DNA from: Camelus ferus
Lineage: Eukaryota
Assembly (NCBI RefSeq): GCF_009834535.1
Contig: NC_045697.1
Location: 39,000,001-39,064,000 of the forward strand
DNA length: 64,000 bases
Reading direction: 5' to 3'
The number at the start of each line of letters is the position of its first letter. Within the stretch, counting starts at the first letter, position 1. Of this stretch, positions 23,204 to 36,618 are shown piece after piece. A program made the position numbers and the translations under genes. Under the pieces are notes generated by a model, which made no database searches, was not told the DNA's origin, and saw only the letters and a list, made by a program, of their open reading frames with translations.

Positions 23204-24636
23204 CACCCACTGCAGTGACCTTGGTGACAACACAACGTGCTTGAAGAAATGTCATGTGAGGTGACACTCATGGGGTTGGTGAAGACTTTACGATATAGAC
23301 GCAGGGAAGAGAGCTGGGATCAGGATATAACCATAGACCAGGAACAAGCAAAAAACTCTGGCCCCTTGGAAAAGTCTACATTTGGAAAAATCTATGTTTG
23401 GTGGCAACTGGAGGAAGGGGGCTGACCTTTGAGTGGGAGCACGTAGCGGGTGTGGAGTAAAGTGGCCATGTGCAGGGTCACAGTGAAGGGGAGAGGGGAT
23501 GCTGGACCCAAAGAGAAATTTCATCCTCCCTTATCTCCTTGGCCTAAAAACAATTAAAAGAAAAACCTGTATCAGTCTTGACCCAGCCCATCTTCGGAAT
23601 AAGTTTTGTAGTCCTTTAACTTGCTCCAGAGATTCCCAGAAGAGTTAAAGGTCAATTCTCCTCCAAGTCTATCCAGAAATCGGCCCACCTGGGGTTTGTG
23701 TAACCATTGAGCCATTGTGTCTCATTCTTATGCAAATATTCGGAAGCACAGCAATCAAAGAACCAGCCCCAGGGAGTAAACTAGCTTTAGACACACAATG
23801 AAGATGCTTTTTTTGCTTCATGATTTAAGAGGGCCTATCAGAGCACAGAATCATGGAGCTCATTAGAGATTCAGGGACGCCTCCGGTATGTCGGTTTCCT
23901 GGGGTGTCAACTACCGTATAGCCCTGGGCCAGCCCTCCTCTGCTGGCACTGTGGGTCCGTCTTCCTCCTCAGGGCAGTCTCAGCCATTTTAAAGCAGCCC
24001 AGGTCAAATAAAGGAAGACCCGTTCCAGTTCTTTCCTTCCTTCCAGGATGGATATTTACGCAGGCAGAGGTGGTATGTTTAGAAGGGGCTCTTTTAAGAC
24101 GTCTCTAGACAGTGATGTTCTACTTTCTGTAATGACCTGTCCAATACATCGAAGAAACCTTTCAATAGTTTTCTGACACCTTAATAATTAAGGCCCCTGG
24201 ACCTCACCAAGGTGGCTTTAAATGCCTTTGCTTTCTTGAAACTTTCCTGCCTGAAGCTCTGCCTCACCCGGGTAAGCTTTCTTCCTTCAGTCTCCTCCCC
24301 GCCTTCAAAGCTCACCTTCGTCTCCAAAACCCTGGCTCCAGTTTGCCAGCATGTAGAAGCTCTGCGAAGCCTTGGTCCTTCTATGAAGTGTGTCTGACAT
24401 TCAATATTCTCCAAAAGGCACCCCTAGTCCTCATGAATGACTTTTTCTTCACTCCTGTGGTTACTTTGTAACACATCCACTCACACTCCTTAATTCAGAA
24501 AATAGTTATGAAGACTTACTGCATGCTGGAGATTTTTGTAAGGTGCTAACAACTCCAAGATGTATAAAGCGGGCAGTCCTATTCCCAAGGAGCAGTTGGA
24601 GATAACGTGTAAACATTACTGTATGGTAGGTGCTAT

Positions 24637-24940
24637 TGTTGCAGGTGATACAGGAAAATGAATGTGGGGCAAGAGGATGGTCATGTCCCAGGTCTCAGTT
24701 GAGTCCCTGGGACGTACCCCACCAAGTGTGGGTCCTTGGCTTTGTGCAGGAAAGAATTCAAGAATGAGCCACAGTTGAGTAACTGTAGATTTATCCAGAG
24801 AGATACATCCTGCATAGACAGAATTCAGGACGTTTCAGAAGGCAAGAGAAAGGTCACGAGGTGGGGAGTTGGGTGCTTAGTAGATCCATACTCCATAGAC
24901 GGAGTGCGTTCTGTCTCACTCAGAAGGCAGAGTGGCAAAG
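24637..24940 (-). mobile_element. Partial ERV LTR followed by an MLT1-like end
   Basis: TGTTGCAGG start, CCTTGGCTTTGTGCAGGAAAGAATTCAAGAATGAGCC LTR text. Confidence 0.55.
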
Positions 24941-25034
24941 TCCCTTTTGCCATATAAGGTAACAGTCACAGGTTCTGGACTTAAGGACATTGATATGACT
25001 AGGGGTTAATCAGCATATGACAGTGACCAGCATT

Positions 25035-25112
25035 TGAGGTAGTTACTGGGTTCTTGAGTTGAGCCCCCACTGAGGTAGTTACTGGGTTCTTGAGTTGAGC
25101 CCCCACTGAGGT
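25035..25112. repeat. Perfect 36-bp tandem duplication
   Basis: TGAGGTAGTTACTGGGTTCTTGAGTTGAGCCCCCAC x2 + TGAGGT. Confidence 0.95.
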
Positions 25113-26006
25113 TGTTAGGACTGAACCTCTTCACCTGAAACGCAGGGAAACAGTGTTGAGGAGCACAATCTGGAGCCAGAGTGCCCAGAACCAAAGCTCT
25201 GCTACTCACTAGCTGTGTGACCTTGGGTAAGTTACTTGATCTCTCTGTGCCCCATAAGTTTCCTGGAATGAGCTAATGCATAAAAGCTGGTAGACTAGTG
25301 CCAGTCACACAGTCAGCCCTCAGGAAGTGTTCACTACTTGGGATAGCCCACAGGGAAAACCTGGGGATGCTCTGAACCCACTCCTAAATGAGGTTGTGTC
25401 AGCAGCTCAACCCTGAAGAAGCTAACTACACTGGGCATCTGAAGTCTCGCCTATGTGTGGGAGACTGAGTGACTTGGCAGTGGTGAAGGAGGACTCTGTG
25501 TTACTACTCAGAACTCATCTATTGAATCTGTCTTCAATATCAACATCTCCCCATTTTAGATAACCTTTCTACAATAAAAGTCAACACTAAAAAAGCACTT
25601 ACTGTATGCCAGGTGCTAGCCTAAGTACTTTCTGTATTTGAATCCAAGTAATTCTCACAACAACCCTGAATTATAGGACCTGTTATTATCTCCCTTTTAT
25701 AGATGGGAATCTTAGTCTCTGGTCCTCAATTTTCCTTGCAGAAACAGTCTAATCAAGAAGCTGTCATTGGTACCTCTGCTGTAGGACACTCAGGGCAGCC
25801 ACTGTGAAGAATCATTTCTCAACTATCCCTACATCTTTAAGTCACTAGATCCCAGGCCGTTTCTGGATAGGCTGCGCCCACATATGACCACATATGCCCA
25901 TACTCATGAGGAATTGAGGACAGATCATGTCTGGCTCCTTTCAACACCCATGATGGAGGCTAAGCCATGCCTTCAACCAAAGCTCAAATAATGGATAACT
26001 TGCCCC

Positions 26007-26345
26007 TGTGTTAGTTATCTTTGCTGTGTAACAAATTACCCTAAGTCATAGCAACTTAAAACAACAAACATCTCAGTTTCTCTGGGACAGGAACTTGGAT
26101 ATGGTGTTGCTGGGTCTTTTGGCTCAGGATCTCTTACAAGGAAGCAATTACGTTGTCAGCCAGGAGCATTGTCATCTCAAGGCTCAACCAGGTGAGGATC
26201 CACTTCCAAGCTCACTCATGTGGCTGTTGTCAGGCCTCTGGTCTTTGCTGACTGTTAGAGTCACCCGTTCCTGGCCATGCAGGCTTCTCCATAGGGCTAC
26301 TTAGACCAGCAGCCAGCTTCCCCCAGAGTGAAGGCTGAGATAGAG
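26007..26345 (-). mobile_element. MaLR LTR fragment (MLT1-like); another at ~27607-27785
   Basis: TGCTGTGTAACAAATTACC…TTAAAACAACAA…GGATCCACTTCCAAGCTCACTCATGTGGCTG. Confidence 0.7.
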
Positions 26346-26960
26346 AGGAGTGTAAATACCTCCTCAGTGCAATATTTTGGAAGAGAGTAGAGAAGAGCAG
26401 AAAGAAGGAATTAAAGTAAGAGGCAAGGGCAACCCAGAGGACTGGTGAAAAGGCTTGATCTTCAACTTTTTTTGTCTTTCTATATGTTAAGCAGATTCAA
26501 TATGGAAAAAAAAAATTATAGCTTAAAACTAAAGGAAAAATAACATAGTCAAAGATCAGGAATCCACCATGTAGCAAGAAATGAATAAATTCTCAATATG
26601 AAAAACAGGCAAGCATCATCTTAAAATGGATAAAACTGAAGAATTTGAAGAGTTGCCATGGGATACAGGATCATTAGAACAGATGGAAATCATCAATGAT
26701 ATTATGCAGCAGGTAGTGAGAGGGAAGTTAACCCCTGGAAAAAATGAGTCAGAGTTTGAAGCCTGTAGGCTGTGACATACATTTTAATGGAGAAAAGTTG
26801 TACCTTTCTGTTTCAGTGTTAGGGTTCACAATTACAGATGCTCTCAGGAGCCTTCTGTGTGTACAGAATTACTTTCCATATCCCTTGAGTCCTGTGCACT
26901 AGTCGCTTTCAAACTCTTGATGTGAACAAAGAGAAATAAATTTTACACAGTAGCTAATGT

Positions 26961-26961
<1 letters not shown>

Positions 26962-27001
<40 letters not shown>
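26962..27001. repeat. (CA)20 microsatellite
   Basis: Direct read. Confidence 0.97.
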
Positions 27002-27002
<1 letters not shown>

Positions 27003-29445
27003 CTGAAGTACAAGTTTTATGAAAGAAATACTCACCCCCACTATGCACAATGCCCTCATATTTTCATATTCTATTATATGTCATTTAAAAATTCTAGTCA
27101 AATCCACTACACGGATTTCATGACCCATGCAATATGTTGTGACATGCAGGTTGAAAAATACTGCTCTGTAAGACTTTCCCAGTTTTATCCTGAATTACAG
27201 GGAATGGTCAGAATAAAGACAAGAGCCCAAATTTAAATCACAAATTTATATCAGCTCATTTCCTCATAGGAAAAAGAAGGGAATCAAATGTGAAATATTT
27301 TCTTTTAAAGATTTTTAAATGCATATAGTTGAACCAAGCACTTAATTTTAAAAAAATCTGTCTTTATTTCTCCTTTCTCATTTCTTATTTTGTGTGTTAT
27401 GCTTTCTTTTTTATTTTTTAGGTTAATTAGTTGTTTATTGCTTTTAAAAGAATCAGTTCTTGGATTTACTAGTTCTACCACTTTTTAATTCTCTAATTTG
27501 TTAATATTTGTATTTGATCTTAATATTTGTATTTGTATTCCTTAGGTTATCCTGTTTTAAATTTTTAAACTTCAATGACTAATTTATTATTTAAATGTAT
27601 CTTATTTATTAGTTATCTATAGCTAATTATTGCTAGTAAATTACCCTAAAATTCGGTGACTTAAAACAGCATACATCTATCATCTCACAGTGTCTGTGGG
27701 TCAGAACACTGAGCCCTCTGCTTCACCATCCATCACAAGGCACCAATCAAGGTGTCAGGCAAGGACAGACACAGTCATCTCCAATCACCTTCTTGTACAC
27801 CAGAAACTAACACAACATTGTAAATCAACTATACTTCAATAAGTAAATATCCTTTTAAATTGTTAACATAGTCCCGAACTCAAAAGATACAGAGAGCATA
27901 CAGTGAAAAGTCTTTCTTACCAGCTACTCAGCTCTTTGAAGTAATCAACATTACAAGTTTCTCTGTGTCCTAGAGATAGTTTCTGCATATAAAGCAAAAT
28001 CATGTACATCTCCCCCACCCCCCGCCCATACAAGTTGCCTTTTGTCTGTACTTCCCACACTGTTCTACACCTGGCTTTTGTCATTTAGCTATATATCCTG
28101 GAGATCATTAAACATCAGTACATTAAATATTAGCTTCTTTATTCATTCCAATGGCTACATACTGTTCCACTATATACAGGCACTGTGATTTATTCAGTTA
28201 GTCCTCTGTTGATGTTTAGCTTGTCTCCATTCTTTTGCCTTTATATAAACTATGGTGCAGAATAACCATGTACATATATCAGTACAAGTATGTCTATAAT
28301 GTAAATTCCTGGATGTAAAATTTCTGAGTCAGAGGGTTTATAATTTTGTATTGTAATTTTGATAAATGTTGATAATATATCCTTCAGCAATATTCCACAG
28401 AGACCACACCAATTTAGAGGAAATACATTTTAGCACAGTTTTTCCTTTATCTCCTTTATACTACATGCAATGGCTGTGAAAAAGAAATCTGAAAATAGTG
28501 TTAACCCCAAAAGATTCTAAAGGAATGGGTTTTCCAAAAATGATATATTTAATATTGCAAAATATAATCTTTATGGTTCAAAGACTTACTAGATGTGGCT
28601 GGAATTTTAGTTTAATTCTTGTAAAGTCTACTGTTTCTCCCACTCTGAAATCTTACTATTTGGCTTAAGTTTTTACTTTGATGATGTACGTATTTCTAGG
28701 TCTGCTATAAGCAACTGAGTACAAACTCAGGAAGGTAGCAAATAGTTCATCTGTTTCACAGACCTGAGCCCTGGCAGAGGCGAAGAGGGAAAAGGGCTTT
28801 CAGCTGGACTCTCCTGCCGGCTTTTACCGTCCTTAAGGCAGTTTCCGTGCCTGAATAAGAAGGAAAATTATTTTCCAGTCTTAAATTGGGTGCCAAATTT
28901 ATTCTTCGCATTGCTCCCTTAATCTGTCAGTTTCATTTTTCCCAGAGAGGTATGATCAGGGTAGCCAAATCTTCCCAGTCAAATCGGGGTTGGAACTTGA
29001 TTGCTCCCACAGATAGCTGGTTTGGACAAACTCCCTGCAAGGTGATTTCATTAAGTGACCAGAAACATCAGAGAGCTGGTACTAGGATCTGAAGCTCTAA
29101 TCGTACATGTAACTTCAGTCTTTCTACAGTGCTAGCAACTAACAGACAAAGGCATGAATCACCTGCAGGGACTTCTTAGAAAAGAAAAGACTGAGGAATC
29201 AAATTCCAAGACTCCTCAGTGTTGGTCTCTAGCCCATTTCCCAAGTTCTTCACTTTCATTCTCTTTCCTAGTCTGCTCTGGTCAGGAGTGTGGGCTTTGG
29301 TGCCAGATACACCTCAGCTCACATCCAAGCTTTGTCCTTTGCTGCTCTGAACAACAGATGAGGGACAAAGTGTCCTCACTGATCAAACTGGGATCACACT
29401 ACCTTCCTTGGTGTGTTGATACGAGGATTAAAGGAAGTCAAGTTC

Positions 29446-29562
29446 CAATGAGTGTGTGTATGTCCATGAATGACTGAAAAATTGTGCTGAACACTGGAAT
29501 TTGACACAACATTGTAAAATGATTATAAATCAATAAAAAATGTTAAAAAAAAAAAAAAAAAA
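29446..29562 (+). mobile_element. Very short, young 5'-truncated L1 3' end with poly(A)
   Basis: Near-identical to the reverse complement of 43741-43848; TSD core GGAAGTCAAGTTC on both sides; pure A tail of ~20 nt. Confidence 0.9.
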
Positions 29563-30209
29563 AAGGGAAGTCAAGTTCATGGGCACAGTGCCTAGCACAG
29601 TCCTGACAAATAAGCCTCAGTAAATGTTAGTTTTTCCTGTTATCACCTTGCTACCCCTCTGACAATGGACAGAAACTCATTCTTCTGGAGCTTATAGTCT
29701 TGACTAGTATTAAATTAGGGGGAAAAAATTGTGATAAGGTAATCTGAGTGGAAACACCAAGCTTTAACTGGGCCTCACTTAAAATTTAGAAATTTCAAAA
29801 CATCTATTCCTTCCTAGGTGGTAAGATTTCAAACCCTCAGAGATACATTTTGCAGTGTTGACAGCCACCCTGTTAGGAAATCCATGCCTTTGGGGGCAAC
29901 TGTGGCAGGTTTTGTAATCTAGTCAAAAATATAGTTTATATGTAAACATGTCACAGTCTTGTGAAACAATTTAGATACAAATGAAATTTTTGCAAAAATC
30001 AAGTTCAGGTTTCTCTTCTTTCCTCTCCCTGGAGAATATAAAAGGCAGCTCTCAAGAAAAGGTAATGGTTTTATCATAGAGGGAGACTTTGGAAATTCTC
30101 TGAAACAAATGGTTTCTAGACTTTTAAAACACAAATATACAGTAATGAATGATTTTACTCTGAACTCTTTATTTATAGATGTGTAACAGGGACCACCTCA
30201 CTCAACCAC

Positions 30210-30620
30210 AGTGGCAAGGATTGTTTAGCTGTTCACCAGATGTGTTCTGTTCTCCTGGGCACACACTTACACTGTATTTCCAAACCTCCCTTACACTTAG
30301 CTGTGCCAAGTGGCATGTGGTCAAAAGTGATACATAGCACTTCCAGGTCTGGCCCATTAAATCTCCTCTGTGTTGTCCTCCATGCCCTTGAACCCTCCCA
30401 GCTGACAGGGAGGGAGATGGCTCCCAGGGCAATCTTGGGAGCCACATTTTGAATGTGGAAGGAGCCTGGATCCCTGAATCACTACTTGGAGGAAAACCCC
30501 CTAACCAGGAACATCTGCATTAGATGATTTTGTGAATGAGAAATAAGGTTTTTGTGATGAGCTACTGAGATTTGGGGGGTGGGGGAAGATATCTCTTATA
30601 GGAGCTAGTATTACCAATAC
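30210..30620 (+). mobile_element. Old MaLR LTR (MLT1H/I-like)
   Basis: GGAGCCTGGATCCCTGAATCACTACTTGGAG, GTGAATGAGAAATAA. Confidence 0.6.
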
Positions 30621-30909
30621 AGGCTTAAACACAAAAAGCCAATTCAAAGTCCTCAAATGTCTGTATACCAGTCTCCTTTTTTCCTTCCTCCCTGCTTCCC
30701 CCCTGCCTTCCTCTCTTTCTCCCTTCCCTAGTACTAATTGATCATCTAGGACATTCCTTCCAGGCACTGTTCTAGGCACTGGGGATTTAGATGAATAAAG
30801 CAGATAAATCTTTGCCCTCATGAAGCTCACATTATAATGGAGGAGACAGGCAATAAACAAGTAAATAAAATGGTTTCCAGCACTGAAAATTGCTTAGAAG
30901 AAAACTAAG

Positions 30910-31022
30910 GAGGGGGTAGATATAACTCAGTGGTAGAGCGCATGCTTATCATGCATGAGGTCCTGAGTTCAGTTCCCAGTACCCCCATTAAAAATAAATA
31001 AAAAATTAAAAAAAAAAAAAAA
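30910..31022 (+). mobile_element. Vic-1-type SINE inserted in L2
   Basis: TSD AAGAAAACTAAG at 30898-30909 and 31023-31034. Confidence 0.9.
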
Positions 31023-31721
31023 AAGAAAACTAAGAAGGAATAAAGTGAGAGTGACAGGGAGGATATTTTAGACAAGGTAGTTAGCAAAGGGCTTTCTGAG
31101 GAGGTGGCATTTGACCAGAGACCTGAATGATACAAAGAAGCTAATACAAAGATCTAAAGAGACGAAGAACTCAATCATTTCTCTGAAAGCAGTCATCTGT
31201 AGAAGAAAAACAAACATAACCACCATATGAAAAGAAAAACTAAAATCATTCAGCTTAGCCAAAGATCAGTCAGAGAGATGAAACTCAAACCCCGGATTTA
31301 CGTACTCCTAACCTGACTTTGCCCTTGGTCAAGACTCTTTAGCATCATCTGTAAACTTCTCTTTCCATTTTTGGCTGACTAGTGTCATACCTTCCAGTCC
31401 TTCAATCTGAAGTTTGTCCATGTATTCAGGCAACTCAAAAAAATACAGTCATATGTCAGGCTCCATCCTTAGACATTTATAAACACTGGGAACTCCAGCA
31501 GGTTATCTAATTTCTCCAGTTTTTAATTTCCTCAGCTTCATAAATGGAAAGTCCTAGTAACTAAGTTACTTCACAGGTTTGTTCTTTTAATAGATGAGAT
31601 TGTACATGTAAAATGCTAGCACAGAGTAAGTGCTAAAGAAATGTTTTTATAAAGGTCAAGTTAACCTGCTGCACACCATTCAAAGCCCATCTATCAAATA
31701 CCCAAGTCCATGTTCTTCTTC

Positions 31722-31804
31722 TTTTTTTTTTAATGGAGTTACTGGAGCTTGAATCCAGGACCTCATTCATGCCTCACTCTACCACTGAGCTATACCCTCC
31801 CCCC
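31722..31804 (-). mobile_element. Vic-1-type SINE (short, internally deleted)
   Basis: CTACCACTGAGCTATACCCTCC; diverged TSD AAGTCCATGTTCTT / AAGTCTATGATCTT. Confidence 0.8.
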
Positions 31805-32511
31805 ACCCAAAGTCTATGATCTTAAACACTAAGATATTTCTGCCCTTTTACCGGCACATTCCAATTGATCTGAAGGGAAAGAATAGTCTTCCCCAGAGCC
31901 TTTGAGTTGGAGGCAGCCAGCAGTTGGTTCTAGTATGCAGGAAGCTTTATGTTAAGGACGCTTTTACACAAACAGCTGACCTGAGATACCCATCCAGCTG
32001 TCTGAGGCAAGATCACCACCAGCCACTGTCCTACACAGCCCCATCAGGTACCATTCACATAGAACTGTAAATTGCAATCTGTGGGTTGGGAAATCAATCT
32101 CTGGGTCATGGTTGGCATCTTTAAAAATGTTATTGAAGTGTAACCTAAAAGCAGAAAAGTGCATACATCAAAAGTTGAGCTCAGATTTTTACAGAATAGC
32201 CACAACTGTGCAGCCAGACTGACACGAAGAAACAGAACATTGCTAGCATCTCAGAAACCCTCCTTACACACCCTCCCAGTCACTACCTCCCTCCAGAGCT
32301 AACCATTACCCTGGTTTCCAGCACTAGATATAAGTTTTGTCCTTTTGGAATTTCATATAAATAAAATCATATGGTATGTATTCTTTTGTATTTGGCTTCT
32401 TTTGCTCAGCATTGTATTTGTAAAATCCATCCATGTTGTTTTGTGTATCAATTAGTTCTCACTGCCATAGAATATTCCATTACATGAATAACTGCAACAT
32501 ATTATTTAGTT

Positions 32512-32630
32512 GGGTGGGTACATCTCAGTGGTAAAGTGTATGCATGCACGAGGTCCTGGGTTCAACAGTTAAAAAAAAACAAAAGCAAAAATACCTAATT
32601 ACCTCCCCTCTGCTCCCCCCACAAAAAAAG
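32512..32630 (+). mobile_element. Vic-1-type SINE (degraded)
   Basis: CTCAGTGGTAAAG…GAGGTCCTGGGTTCAA…ACCTAATTACCTCCCC. Confidence 0.8.
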
Positions 32631-32972
32631 AATGCCCACTTTATCATGCTCACAGATGCTATGAGCCAGGAGTTTGGAAAGGGCATTGTGGGAATGGTTT
32701 ATGTTTGCTGCAGTGAGGTCTGGGGCCTCAGCTGAAAAGACTCAGTGGTTGAGGGTGAGATGACAAGTGGCATCAGCACACATCTGGCACCTGGGCCAAG
32801 AGGACTCTAAGACTGAGCACTGCCAATTGGGTCACCTATATGTGGACTCTCCTGGTCGTTTGGCTTCCTCACAGCATGGTGGCCTCAGGGCAGCTGGACT
32901 TCTTACATGGTAGCTCAGAATGCCAAGCATGAGTGCCCCCGGAAGAAAGAAGAAGCTGAGGGCTTTTTCTAA

Positions 32973-33498
32973 TGTAAAGGAGGAAAAACTCTTTTGCCTC
33001 TACTCATCTTAGGTTCATTTGAACCTAAGCCCTGTAAATTAGACTGACAAAAAGCCAGATTAACAGAGAAAAACACAAGTTTATTAACATGTGCATCGAA
33101 GTATATATGGGAATCCTCAGTGATGAGTATCACAAAGGGCAGTTAGAACATGGGCTTCTAGAGCATCTTAACAAAAGAACAAAAATTTTTAGAGAAGTAA
33201 CAAGACAAAAGAAAAGGACCACAAGTTTTTAGGACAGAAAATTGTGGTAAAATAATATATGGGGAGGTAAGGGCTGGGCCTGATAGGTCTATGGTTATCT
33301 CTGGTGATTAACTTCTGTTCTGCCTGGCAGAGAGGAGAGACAGGAGACACCGTCATAGATTTATCTCCTGTATTTAGGCAAGTAGGAGGAAGGCAGAGAG
33401 CTTTCCTGATATGTGCTTTTTTCTCAATTGCCTTCAGTTCAAAGAATACTAATGTCAAAGTGGTACATTATGGGGTGGCATGTCCTTCTACCCTCCAC
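32973..33498 (-). mobile_element. MER34-family-like LTR nested in an MLT1 LTR (~32635-33692)
   Basis: Start TGTAAAGGAGGAAAAACTCTTTTGCCTCTAC resembles the reverse complement of the LTR end at 11820-11857; MLT1 text on both sides. Confidence 0.6.
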
Positions 33499-34439
33499 TG
33501 ACTTAACTTTGGAAGTCACATGGCATCGCTTACACAACATTTTCTTGTTCCAAATGAGTCACAAGCTTGCCTGGGTTCAAAGGGAGGAGACCGATTCTAT
33601 CTCTCCTAGGGAAGAATCTCTAGGCTATATTATAGGAAAACATGCTACAAGTGAGATTGTCACAGCCATCTTTGGAAAATACAATCTACTTCTGTGACCA
33701 TTTTTGGTCATTTTTCATGACCGTCTATACATTTCTGTTAGGTATGTATCTTGGAGCTCAACTACCGGGTCAAAGTGTACATGTATGCTGAGCTTTGGTA
33801 GATAATGCTAAATAGTTGTTTTTAGCTTGTGTCAATTTATACTCCCATAAATAATGTACGAGAGTTCCAGTTGCTCCATATCCTTGCTGAAGATTGGCAT
33901 TGTTTTTCTCAGTTTAGCCATTTGACTGGGTAGACAGTGGCATTGCATTGTGGTTTAAATTTATATTTCTCTGATGACTAATGAAGTTGAGAACATTTTC
34001 GTTTGTTTATTGACTATTTGAATATCTTCTTTTGTGAAGTGCTGGTTCAGAGGGCCAATATTTTTTTTAATGGAATAGAATAGTAACATCAGAGTATATC
34101 ATATGATAAACATTAACAACAGTAGCCAAGATTCTTTGGTAAATCACTTATTTGAATTACAAATGTAAAATACAAACTCACTATAAAAGGTTCAGATAAT
34201 ACAGAAGTACAGAGATCGAACAAGAAAAGCCCCCTCTATCAACTCCCTACGCTCCTCAGCCCCACATCACTTCCCTTAGAGGAGGTGTTGGCATTTTTGT
34301 GTACCATCTTTCAGCCCCTTTTCTATAGCATGGATACCTCATGGTTTCTTCCTTTTTTTTCCCCATCAGTACCTTGTATATTTCTCAAGTGTTTATTTCA
34401 TTATATTTTGTCTTAATGATTTATTATTTTTTATGAGTT

Positions 34440-34812
34440 TATATTTTTATTTTTTGTTTTTATTTTTGTTTTAGGTTCCACATATAAATGAGATCACACA
34501 GTATTACTCTTTTTCTACCTGATTTATCTCATTTAGCATAACGCCCTCAAGGTCCAACAATGATGTTGCTAATGGCAAGATTTCATTCCTTTTATGGATA
34601 AGTGACCATTACTCCACTGATGAATATTTAGGTTGTTTCCATGTTTTGGATATTGTAAATAATGCTGCAGTGGACATGCATATATTTTTTTGAGTGTTTT
34701 TGTTTCTGTCATATAAATACTCAGAAGTGGATGTGGAATCATATGGTAGTTCAATTCTAATTTTTTGAGGAACCTCTGTACTATTTTCCATATGGAATAA
34801 TTTGTTGTTTTC
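34440..34812 (-). mobile_element. L1 3' fragment, followed by a MER91-like MITE (~34815-34970)
   Basis: Encodes AALFTISKTWKQPK and IELPYD. Confidence 0.75.
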
Positions 34813-35600
34813 TTCAGGGGCAGCTTCATGGATGTGTGAGCTGTGCAATCACATGGGGCCCCACAATTAGAAGAGCCTTGTGCTTGATTTAATGCTCTGC
34901 AGTCATTGTCTTGAAATTTGCAAAAATATTTTAACAAGGAGCCCCATATTTTCATTTTATACTGTCCCTGATTTTTAGGCTTATCTTCCCCCAAACTACA
35001 AAGACAGGAACCTAGGGCAGCGACCTGGTCATGGACGTCTTTTAATTCCTCACAGCACCTTGGGAATACCCACAGTAAACCTTTGTTACTACAAAGGGAA
35101 ATTTTCTTCTCTCCGAAGGACTTTTTTCTTATTTGTTGTTTTGTGAAGCCATACATAGATATCATTAATGATAATCAACAAACACAGAATAATCCAGAGC
35201 TCTTATTATTGTGGTGGAGTCCCATTTTCTCTCTGATTTTTGCATGCTACTCTGAGCTTCATTTGTTCCAGGAAAGGAACAAAGAAGAATACCATTCTCT
35301 GTTTCTCATTTAGAGAGATCTATAAACACATTCTTAAGAAGCAAGAACTTCAGCCCCTTGCAGCCTGCAAGTTCCGTGTTTCCACAATATCTGTACTCAA
35401 AGAAGTGTTGTGAGACAGGCACAATGAAGTTCATGTCTTCAGGCAAGCAGTCAGCAGGAGCGAGTGAATATGGAATGGAGCATATAGCTGTGATACTCAA
35501 ATTTTTTCATCCATCCATACTTCAGTCAGTGATTCCTCTGGTCATTTCAGGTGTTCAATGTTCCTTGAATTTCAGTCATGGGAAGATTTACCATGATTTC

Positions 35601-36064
35601 TGTTGGGGAACAAGGCAGCCCAGTGTCGCAGGCAGTAAAAGAATTTACCAAAGACAAAGAAAAGTTTAAAAGACAAAGAAAAGTTTAATAGATAGGCTGC
35701 TGTAGACCACAGTGGGCCACACAGATGGGAGGTGTCTGTGTGGGCACTGGGGGGTAGTTGCTGAGGCCTTTAACCAGGGGGAGGAGTTGGTGAACACAGT
35801 GGATAGGGGGCTGTGCGATCACCTTGCACACAGCTCTTTGATTGGCTGTAGGTGAGGAAAGTTTCGGGTCCTCAAAGGGTGGTGGGGTTTATGACTCTGA
35901 TGAGGTGGGCTGAAACAAACCAGCCTGAGTTATTGTAAGATTAGGCATTACCCAAGGCTATCCAGTAAAGAATGTACTTTTATCTTCTGAGGAATCGCAG
36001 GCAGATATCTAACAGCACAGGAATGGGGGTCATTGGACTTTGAACTACACCAGTTGGCCCCACA
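35601..36064 (-). mobile_element. ERV solo LTR
   Basis: TGTTGGGG…CCCCACA termini; flanks ATTTC/ATTTT; internal duplication AAAGACAAAGAAAAGTTTA x2. Confidence 0.7.
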
Positions 36065-36618
36065 ATTTTCTGGAAAAAAAAAAAAAAAAAGTTAGATTTC
36101 AAGTTGTTCCAGTTAACTTTTGAGAACAGCTTATTTAAGATCAAATTCTCGACTTTTCCAAATTTATATTTGGAGATTGTTTACGTTTTTTTAAGCCATA
36201 CCCCTGAAGTATTAAAATAATTTTTCCCCAATTTTTATATTACTCAAATTTTTAATGCTTTTTAAGAATGTATCTTCTATGTTATTTTTAGAGTAAACTA
36301 CAAATTCAGAAAAGTAAAATAGTAAAAATTTAATATAGTATTAATCTTATCATTTAAAATAAAATTTTTGTTATTCATTCAATCATTCATTTAACAAAGG
36401 TCTGTAAAAGTCCCACTATGTGCCCGGCATTATTTCAGACATGGGAGCATCCAGCAAGTTCTCCACATGCATTATGGTGGGAGAACATGACAATCAATAG
36501 AAATAAGGAGAAGATGGATAAGTAACATAATAGAATGTTTGATTTGAGCTAGTGATATGTGATATGAAGAAAAAATACAAATTTAGATATTTATTGATAT
36601 GAAAAGATCTTCAGAGTA

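Noticed and set aside
24030..24280. Possible plus-strand exon (pyrimidine tract-CAG near 24046, GTAAGC near 24272) and ORF 24181..24414
   Set aside because: No recognisable protein and no partner exons; such splice-like signals occur by chance.
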